NCBI GenBank assembly: GCA_019358915.1
Contig: JAHHIM010000020.1
Coordinates: 1-64,000 of the forward strand
DNA from: Trichormus sp. ATA11-4-KO1
GTDB lineage: Bacteria; Cyanobacteriota; Cyanobacteriia; Cyanobacteriales; Nostocaceae
DNA: 64,000 nt
Direction of reading: 5' to 3'
Each line of letters opens with the position of its first letter. Positions within the stretch are counted from its first letter, which is position 1. Below the pieces are notes generated by a model. The model was not told where the DNA came from, searched no databases, and saw only the letters and a program-made list of their open reading frames with translations. The translations under genes were made by a program, and so were the position numbers. Below, in pieces: positions 41,487-50,200 of the stretch.

Positions 41487-44400
41487 TTGAATATGCAAAA
41501 ACAACAAATTTCAGGATTTAGATTATCTCCCCAACAAAAGCATTTATGGTTATTACAACAAAATGATTTAACTGCACCATATCGCGTCCAGTGTGCAGTT
41601 CTAATCACCGAAAAATTGAAGACTGATGTGTTAAAAACAGCATTACAAAATGTTGTTAATCAATATGAGATTCTGCGGACTACTTTTTCTTTCCTTCCCG
41701 GAATGGAAATACCATTACAAGTGATAGTTGATAATTATAATATTTCTCTGACTGAATTTAATTTCACTGATTTGTCCTGGCAAGAGCAAGAAAGTAAAAT
41801 TGAGTCACTATTGACTGAAATAAAAACAGTACATTTTAATTTAGAAAATAATCCACCATTCCAAGCATACATTGTCAGTTTATCCTCAGAAAAATATATA
41901 CTAATATTAAATTTATCTGCATTAATCGCAGATAGCTCAACTCTCAAATATTTGATAAATAAAATTAGTACTTCATACTCAGCCTGCTTACAAGGTCAAG
42001 ATATTAGTAATGAACCAATACAATATGCAGATATTGCTGAATGGCAAAACGAACTTCTAGATTCAGAAGAGTCAGAGCTAGGGAAAGAGTATTGGCGCAA
42101 ACAAGATATTACTTCTATTGATAATTTGCATCTTTGGTTTGAAAATCAACAAATTGAAACTTCAGAATTTCAGCCTCAATGTATTTCTTTAACTATCAAT
42201 AATGATTTAGTAAAACAAATAGAATCATTAACTCATATATATAATGTCAATAAATGTGATTTTCTGCTAGCTTGTTGGCTAATAATGCTTTGGAAAATCA
42301 CCAGACAGCCAGATATGTTTATTGGTGTTGCTAGTGATGGGAGAAAATATGAAGAATTAGACCAAGCTTTAGGACTGTTAACTAAGTATTTACCACTTTG
42401 TTTTCATTTAGAAGCAGAATTTAAATTTAGTGAAATATTAAAACAAGTAACTGAGTCTGCAAATAACGCCTACGAATGGCAAGAATATTTTACCTGGGAG
42501 GAAACATTTAAATCAGAAGCTTTTTGTCCATTTAGTTTTGAATTTGCAGAAAATTATTCTGTTGCAGACCTATCATTTTCTCTATATAAACAGTATTCTT
42601 GTATCGATAAATTTAAAATTAATTTAATTTGCATTGACAAAAGTGATAGTTTAATTACTGAATTACATTTTGATGCAAATTTGTATAATACTCAAGATAT
42701 CCAAACTTTATCAGAACAGTTCAAAACTTTATTAGAAGATGCAATTGCCAATCCTGAAGCTACCATTAGTCAGCTAAATATTCTCAGCGATCGCACATTA
42801 CAAAAAATTCTCGTTGAGTTCAACAATACAACTGTCGATTATCCCTCAAATAAGTGCCTACATCAGCTATTTGAAGAACAAGTAGCACGCACACCAGAGC
42901 AAATAGCTGTTATCTTTGAGCAACAACAACTAACTTATACACAGTTAAATGCACGAGCTAATCAACTAGCTCATTACTTGCGCCAGCACGGAGTAGGATC
43001 TGAAGTAGTGGTTGCACTGTATATGGAGCGATCGCTAGAATTAATTATCGGATTATTAGCTATTCTCAAAGCTGGTGGAGCTTATATTCCCCTAGATCCA
43101 GCGTATCCCCAAGAGCGTTTAGCCTGGATGCTGGCAGATGCCAAAGTACCAATATTATTAACTCAACAGCAGCTAGTCAAAACCCTCCCCGAACATTCAG
43201 CACAGGTAATATGCTGGGATCAGGAAGAGGATGCGATCGCTCACCAGAGCCAGGAAAATCCTCATAGCAGCGTGAATCCTGAAAATTTGGTCTATGTATT
43301 GTTCACATCTGGCTCTACTGGCAAACCCAAAGGAGTTGCAGTTGAGCATCGACAACTGAGTAACTACCTCAACGCGATCGTTCAAACGCTAGACTTATCT
43401 GGATGTAACAGCTTTGCTCACATTTCTACCTTTGCAGCTGATTTAGGCAACACCATTATCTTTCCTTCCCTTTGTACAGGCGGATGTCTGCACATAGTTT
43501 CCTCAGAACGGATTTCCAACCCAGAAGCACTAGCAGACTATTTTCACCAACACCCCATCGATTGCCTTAAGATTGTTCCTGCTCACCTGGCAGCTCTAAT
43601 GACAGCTTCTCAACCAGAAAAAATCTTACCTCGACAACGCCTGATTTTAGGTGGTGAGGCTTGTAATTGGCAGTTAATTGAGCAAATTCAGCAATTAACT
43701 ACTGAGTGCCGCATTTTTAACCACTACGGCCCCACGGAAACTACTGTCGGTGTACTAACCTACCCCATTGAGCCAGGAAAAACCCCACTTAACTCTAATA
43801 CAGTTCCCATTGGGCGACCAATTCCTAATACGCAAATCTATATATTAGACTCTTGCTTACAACCAGTACCCATAGGAGTGCCTGGTGAGTTACACATTGG
43901 TGGTGCAAGTGTAACTAGAGGCTACCTCAATCATCCCGACTTAACAAATCAAAAGTTTATTACCAATCCTTTCATAAAAACAGGATGTCTCTACAAAACC
44001 GGAGATTTAGCTCGCTACTTACCAGATGGAAACATTGAGTTTCTCGGCAGAATTGACCAGCAAGTTAAAATTCGCGGTTACCGTATTGAGTTAGGAGAGA
44101 TTGAGATAGTACTCAAACAACACCCATCGATGCGGGAGGCTGTGGTTATCTGCCATGAAGAACAAACAGGTAACAAGCGGCTAATTGCTTATGTAGTAGT
44201 AAAAACACAATCTGCCCTAAATAATACCCATCTGCGCGAATTTTTGCAGGAAAAGCTACCCCAGTATATGCTGCCGTCGGTATTCATGCAGTTGCAGGCT
44301 TTACCGTTATTGCCCAATGGCAAAATAAACCGCCAAGCTTTACCAGTACCCGATACCAGCAAGGCAGAGTTTGCTGTCGCACCTCGTACCCAGGTTGAAG

Positions 44401-44753
44401 AAGTGTTAGCTGGAATTTGGGCAGATATTCTAGAACTACCGCAAGTTGGTATCTATGACAACTTCTTTGAGGTAGGTGGAGATTCGATTCTCAGCATTCG
44501 CATTGTTGCTAAAGCCAATCAAGCGGGTTTACAACTTACCCCCAAGCAGATGTTTGAATATCAGACAATTGCCGAACTCGCAGCCGTGGTGCAGGTAAAT
44601 CAAGAGAAGCAACTGGAAGAGGAAATTCCGTTGACACCCCCTCAACCTCCGTCTCACAACAGCGCAAGTTATACACCCTCCGACTTTCCGCAAGCAAATT
44701 TAAACCAAAAAGATTTAGATAATTTTCTGACAAAACTCAATCAAAAAAAATGA
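41487..44753 (+). CDS. NRPS: interface-like degenerate C-A(Asp)-PCP with E-domain remnant and COM tail
   Basis: N-terminal GFRLSPQQ; active-site region LSALIAD; code DLTKIGHVGK (Asp); PCP GGDSI; ends IPLTPPQ...YTPSDFP. Start may be ATG 41493. Confidence 0.88.
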   Translation: MNMQKQQISGFRLSPQQKHLWLLQQNDLTAPYRVQCAVLITEKLKTDVLKTALQNVVNQYEILRTTFSFLPGMEIPLQVIVDNYNISLTEFNFTDLSWQEQESKIESLLTEIKTVHFNLENNPPFQAYIVSLSSEKYILILNLSALIADSSTLKYLINKISTSYSACLQGQDISNEPIQYADIAEWQNELLDSEESELGKEYWRKQDITSIDNLHLWFENQQIETSEFQPQCISLTINNDLVKQIESLTHIYNVNKCDFLLACWLIMLWKITRQPDMFIGVASDGRKYEELDQALGLLTKYLPLCFHLEAEFKFSEILKQVTESANNAYEWQEYFTWEETFKSEAFCPFSFEFAENYSVADLSFSLYKQYSCIDKFKINLICIDKSDSLITELHFDANLYNTQDIQTLSEQFKTLLEDAIANPEATISQLNILSDRTLQKILVEFNNTTVDYPSNKCLHQLFEEQVARTPEQIAVIFEQQQLTYTQLNARANQLAHYLRQHGVGSEVVVALYMERSLELIIGLLAILKAGGAYIPLDPAYPQERLAWMLADAKVPILLTQQQLVKTLPEHSAQVICWDQEEDAIAHQSQENPHSSVNPENLVYVLFTSGSTGKPKGVAVEHRQLSNYLNAIVQTLDLSGCNSFAHISTFAADLGNTIIFPSLCTGGCLHIVSSERISNPEALADYFHQHPIDCLKIVPAHLAALMTASQPEKILPRQRLILGGEACNWQLIEQIQQLTTECRIFNHYGPTETTVGVLTYPIEPGKTPLNSNTVPIGRPIPNTQIYILDSCLQPVPIGVPGELHIGGASVTRGYLNHPDLTNQKFITNPFIKTGCLYKTGDLARYLPDGNIEFLGRIDQQVKIRGYRIELGEIEIVLKQHPSMREAVVICHEEQTGNKRLIAYVVVKTQSALNNTHLREFLQEKLPQYMLPSVFMQLQALPLLPNGKINRQALPVPDTSKAEFAVAPRTQVEEVLAGIWADILELPQVGIYDNFFEVGGDSILSIRIVAKANQAGLQLTPKQMFEYQTIAELAAVVQVNQEKQLEEEIPLTPPQPPSHNSASYTPSDFPQANLNQKDLDNFLTKLNQKK

Positions 44754-46171
44754 AAACAGAAAACATCGAAGATATTTACGAACTGTCACCAATACAAAAA
44801 GGGATTCTGTTTCACAGCTTATTTGCTCCGGAATTGGGACTGTATTTTTTTCAGATGCCCTTTGTTTTGCGTGGTCATCTTAATGTTGCAGCTTTTGAGC
44901 AAGCTTGGCAAGAAGTAGCAGCTAGACACACAATCTTACGCACTGGTTTTTATTGGGAAGACATTAACAAACCACTACAAGTGGTGTATCGAGAAATCCA
45001 AATAACTCTAGATGAGCATGATTGGCGGGAAATAGATTCTAGTCAACAGCAACAGCAATTAAAGTCATTTCTGGAGAGCGATCGCCAGCGAGGCTTTGAT
45101 ATGTCTCAAGAATGTTTAATGCGTCTGAGTTTGTTCCGCCTCACAGATGATTGTTATCAATTTGTTTGGAGCCGACACTTTATCGTTTTAGATGGGTGGT
45201 CAGTACCTATAGTGCTGAATGAGGTAATTCAAATTTATGAAGGACTTTGTCAAGGTAAGCAAGTATCGTTAACACCCAGCATTCCCTATCGGCATTACAT
45301 CAACTGGTTGCAAAAGCAAAATATATCTGAAGCAGAGGTATTCTGGCGACAAGCATTGCATGGTTTAAAAACCCCTACTTCCTTACAAAAGTTAAATGCA
45401 AAAAATCTTTCTCCCCAGGAAGCAAAATATGAAGAACAACGCATCACTGTATCGACAGCAACCACAACAGCCCTACAGTTTCTAGCAAGACAGCATCAGC
45501 TGACGCTGAGTACACTTTTTCAGGGATTATGGGCTATTCTTTTGAGTCACTATAGTGGTGAAAAAAAAGTCCTTTATGGGTGTACTGTTGCTGGTCGTCC
45601 TATCGAACTAGTCAGAGAAGAACCACTTTTAGGATTATTTGTTAACAGCTTGCCTGTATGGGTGGACGTGGACGCTGAACAATTTCTGCTGGTGTGGCTG
45701 AAGCAACTTCAAAAACAAATAGTTGAAATGCGCCAGTATGAATGGACACCATTGGTAGAGATTCAAGGATGGAGTGAAATACCACGTAGCTTACCTTTAT
45801 TTGAGAGCATTTTAGTCTATGAAAACGCACCAGTAGAGAAAATTTTACAAGAAGGGCATAGTATTATAGATATCTCAAATTCATCTATATTCTCTGATTC
45901 AAGTACTTTTTATAAGACTAACTATCCTATCGCAATAGCTGTTTATCCAGGTTCCAGTTTTTGTATTGGCATTGATTATGATTTCCGCCGCTTCGACGCT
46001 GCAACAATTACTGGCATATTGCAGCATTTTGATATCTTACTCCAAAACATAATAAATCATCCTGAAGTGCGTATTCAGGAATTATCTTTGCTGACGGATC
46101 GAGAGCAAAACATCTCTGTGATGTTGGAAAAACAAATAATATTTAATTTTAATTTAACTGCGTGCAATTAG
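44750..46171 (+). CDS. Second stand-alone DCL-like condensation domain lacking the catalytic His
   Basis: ENIEDIYELSPIQKGILFH; WSRHFIVLDGWS. Paralogue of 25412-26809. Confidence 0.85.
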   Translation: MKTENIEDIYELSPIQKGILFHSLFAPELGLYFFQMPFVLRGHLNVAAFEQAWQEVAARHTILRTGFYWEDINKPLQVVYREIQITLDEHDWREIDSSQQQQQLKSFLESDRQRGFDMSQECLMRLSLFRLTDDCYQFVWSRHFIVLDGWSVPIVLNEVIQIYEGLCQGKQVSLTPSIPYRHYINWLQKQNISEAEVFWRQALHGLKTPTSLQKLNAKNLSPQEAKYEEQRITVSTATTTALQFLARQHQLTLSTLFQGLWAILLSHYSGEKKVLYGCTVAGRPIELVREEPLLGLFVNSLPVWVDVDAEQFLLVWLKQLQKQIVEMRQYEWTPLVEIQGWSEIPRSLPLFESILVYENAPVEKILQEGHSIIDISNSSIFSDSSTFYKTNYPIAIAVYPGSSFCIGIDYDFRRFDAATITGILQHFDILLQNIINHPEVRIQELSLLTDREQNISVMLEKQIIFNFNLTACN

Positions 46172-46251
46172 GAATATGAGGATAGTGGAATTTATTACCT
46201 CAATCTGATTAAGCTTATTTTAATACATCTTTCTTTTCCCAAACTTTAATC

Positions 46252-47142
46252 ATGATTACTTCATCTTCAATAATTGACAAACACTACAAACTTTCACATC
46301 AAGAATTTATTTCAAGTTATGTAAAGCCAGCAAAACCAGTCATCATTTCTGGATTAATTGAAAATTGGGATGCTTTTGGTAAATGGTCATTAGATTTTTT
46401 GCAAGAAAGTGCCCCAGAAATTAATATTTGTGCTAAGGAGTTTACTAACGGCACCATAAAAACTAACAATTTTACACTCAAAGAGTATACAAAAATCATT
46501 AAAGAATTTGAAATAAAAAACAAATATCATGAAAATGTTGCATCACCTCCTTATTGCCATGATATTCCTCTGTTTAGCTTAGTTCCTCATCTCATTAGAG
46601 ATGTTCAATTTCCCACAAATTATTTACCAAAATGGTATACAGAAAAATGGTGGCGCTATTGTCAATTTTTTATAGGAGCATCTAATAGCCTAACTCCATT
46701 ACATTTTGATTGTCTTTTAACAAATAATCTTTTTTTCCAAATTGTTGGACGCAAAAAATTTACTATACTCACATATGAGGACAAAAAATATTGTTATCGA
46801 TATGATTGGCGATGGTTTAAGGTCAATCCAGAGAATCCTGATTTTGATAAGTATCCAAAATATAAAAATGCTAGACCAATTGAAATTATTGTAAATCCTG
46901 GCGATATTTTATATATGCCTCCTGGTACTTTGCATCATGTAAGAAGTTTAGATATGTCAATTTCTTTTAATATTGATTGGCATACCAACAGCAGCGTAAT
47001 TAATAGTTTAACAGCTTGTTTAAAAGGGATGCCAATGCAAAACGTTTATTATAATTTTTTATTAACATTAGGCTTGGTTTTTCAAGTACCTCCTCAAATA
47101 ATTTTTAAATTTTACAAAACTTATCTAAATTATATTTCCTAA
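46252..47142 (+). CDS. JmjC/cupin_8-family Fe(II)/2OG oxygenase
   Basis: KPVIISGLIENW; TPLHFD (HxD); QIVGRKKF; PGDILYMPPGTLHHV. Confidence 0.85.
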   Translation: MITSSSIIDKHYKLSHQEFISSYVKPAKPVIISGLIENWDAFGKWSLDFLQESAPEINICAKEFTNGTIKTNNFTLKEYTKIIKEFEIKNKYHENVASPPYCHDIPLFSLVPHLIRDVQFPTNYLPKWYTEKWWRYCQFFIGASNSLTPLHFDCLLTNNLFFQIVGRKKFTILTYEDKKYCYRYDWRWFKVNPENPDFDKYPKYKNARPIEIIVNPGDILYMPPGTLHHVRSLDMSISFNIDWHTNSSVINSLTACLKGMPMQNVYYNFLLTLGLVFQVPPQIIFKFYKTYLNYIS

Positions 47143-47294
47143 TGTAAAACAGCTAAATTGTATATTTTAGTTGATATTAAAGCATATTGCGATCGCTAAA
47201 AATGAAATGAGTGTTCAAATATAAAATAGTTTTTTGATAATTATTTGACACGATAAATTGACCAAGATTACAATTCACATAAAAAAGGTAACAA

Positions 47295-50200
47295 ATGACA
47301 ATTAATCAGCAAATTCAAGATTTAATTACTCCTGAAGAGTTATTTTCACAAAAATTTTATTGGGTAAATCAGCTATCTGGAGAACTACCAGAATCAAATT
47401 TCATCACAGATTTCATTAGACCTGCAATTTATCGAGGAAAGAATAAGTCTGTTGAGTTTAATTTACCAGATAAATTATCAGCATCTCTGATTAAGTTTAC
47501 AAATCATTCTTATCTATCCATTTATTTATTGCTTGTCTCAGCGCTTGGTATATTGTTGCGAAAATATACTGGTAGTAATGATGTAATTATTGGTTCGCCA
47601 ACTTATCAGAATGCAGAAATTAACGAAAATACAAGTAATAAAATTTTACCTTTACGCTTGTATGTAGATAGTCAAGTTACCTTTAAAGATTTTCTGCTTC
47701 ATGTTAAAGAAAAAATGGTTAGCGCCTATAGCCATCAAGATTATAATTTTGATGAATTAGTTAGCTTATTGGAAATACCAAAAACACCAAACAGATGCCC
47801 AATTTTTGATATTGCAATTTTATTAGAAAACATTCACGAATATATTAACATAAATAATGATGTAACATTTGCTTTTAAAGTAACTGGAAACTCTATCCAA
47901 GGTCAGGTAAAATATGTCGATAGTCTTTTTCAAGAAACAACTATTAAGACTATTATTAAATATTACCTGAATATCCTGGAAGCTATTATTTCTGATTGTT
48001 ATACACAAATTGTCGATATTTCCTTCCTCAAAGCAGAAGATGAATATAAAATTCTATCAGCTTTTAACAATAATTTGCAAGCAGGATATCCCTTAAATCA
48101 GACTATCAACCAGTTATTTGAACAGCAGGTAGAGCAAACACCAAACCGCATAGCAGCAGTTTTTGGCAATCTTGAACTCACTTACCAAGAATTAAATCAA
48201 AAAGCCAATCAACTCGCTAGATTTTTACAGAATTTAGGAGTCAAACAAAGAGAATTCGTGGGAATTCTCAAAGAGCGAGATATTAATTTTCTTATCGGCA
48301 TACTTGCCATATATAAAGCTGGTGGAGCTTACGTACCAATTGATAGTACGTATCCCTCAGATAGAATCAAGTACATGGTATATAACAGCGAAGTGAAGAT
48401 TCTTTTAACAGATTCTTCTTGCTTAAATATACTCATAAATTTACAAAAAGATTGTCCGCACCTACAATTCCTAGTCTGTTCAGATATCAAACCTCAGGTA
48501 GCAAATTTCAATCAGTTAATAAATATTGACATATACGATCAAAGAGATTTTAAGAATTTACCACAAGAAAATTTAGAAATTATTAATGTAGCCAGCGATC
48601 CGGCATATATGCTCTATACTTCGGGGTCAACTGGTTTACCTAAGGGGGCAATTGTTAGGCATGATGGTGCAATCAATCATATTTATGCTCAGTTTGATGC
48701 TTTAGAGTTGAATGAAGATTTTTGTTTTCTCCAAAGCGCTGCTGCTTCTACAGATATTTCTGTCTGGCAATTTCTAGCACCGCTATTAATTGGTGGAAAA
48801 ACAGTCATAGTCGATATTGAAAGCGGTTTTGTACCTGAAAAGTTATTTAAAGTTCTTCAAGAACAAAGAATAACTGTTGTTGAATTAGTACCAGCAGTAT
48901 TTGGCGGATTAATAGACTATATTTCTCAATTATTACCTCACCAAAGATTGTTACTTGATTTGAAGTGGATGATGGTAGTAGGAGAACCAGTATCAGTTCA
49001 AAGGCTAAATCAATGGTTGAGGATTTATCCTTCCATCAAAGTAGCTGATGCTTACGGTCCAACTGAAGCTGCTGATGATATTACTCAGTACATTGTAGAA
49101 AAACCTTTACCAGAGAGCCAACGAACAGTTCCTATTGGTAAACCATTAGCAAACTTAAATATTTATATTCTTGACCCAAAACTCAACTTATTACCAATTG
49201 GAGTTCCTGGGGAAATTTGTGTTGCAGGAATTGGAGTGGGTAATGGTTACTGGAAAAATGAAGAAAAAACAAATTTAAGCTTTGTTGCCAATCCTTTTCC
49301 CCACACTACTAAATTATTACCAGAAACTTACCGAGATTTAATTTATAAAACCGGAGATTTAGGAAGATGGTTACCTGATGGGAATATTGAGTTTTTAGGA
49401 CGTATTGATCATCAAGTAAAAATTCGTGGCTTTCGTGTTGAACTGGGAGAAATAGAGGCTCTACTAGCAAAGCATCCAGCAATCAGGGAGGCTGTAGTTA
49501 TACTCAGGGAAGATATCCCTGGTGAAAAACGTTTGGTAGCTTATATGATTGTATCCAGCGACCAAATACCAACAAACGACCCAGCAGTTAGCAGTGAATT
49601 AATCCTAGAGCTACGCAATTCACTCAAAGAAAGATTGCCAGACTATATGATACCGTCAGCTTTCTTACTGCTGGAAGCATTTCCCCTGAGTCCTAGTGGC
49701 AAAATAGACCGTAAGGCATTACCAGTACCAGATTGGTCACAACGAAATTTAGCGCAGTCTTATATTGCACCCCGCACACCTACAGAGGAAATGATAGCTG
49801 GTATTTGGTCGCAGGTGCTTGGTGTTGAGCAAGTGGGTGTTGATGATAACTTTTTTGACCTGGGAGGACATTCCTTATTAGCAACTTTGGTTGTTTCCCA
49901 GTTGCGGAATGTATTCCACATAGAACTACCTTTGCGTAATATTTTTGACTTTCCCACAGTGGTAACCTTAGCAAAGTCTGTGGAGATAATGAAGCAGTCA
50001 CAGGAGCATCTCCAGTCACCGCCCATAGTACCCATCCCCCGGAATGGTAAGGAGCCACTGTCATTTGCACAACAACGGTTGTGGTTTATCGACCAGTTAG
50101 AACCAAACAACCCTGCCTATAACCACTTTAATGCTGTACGTATTACAGGTGCGCTCAACATAGTTGCATTAAAACAGAGCCTCAATGAAATTATCAGACG

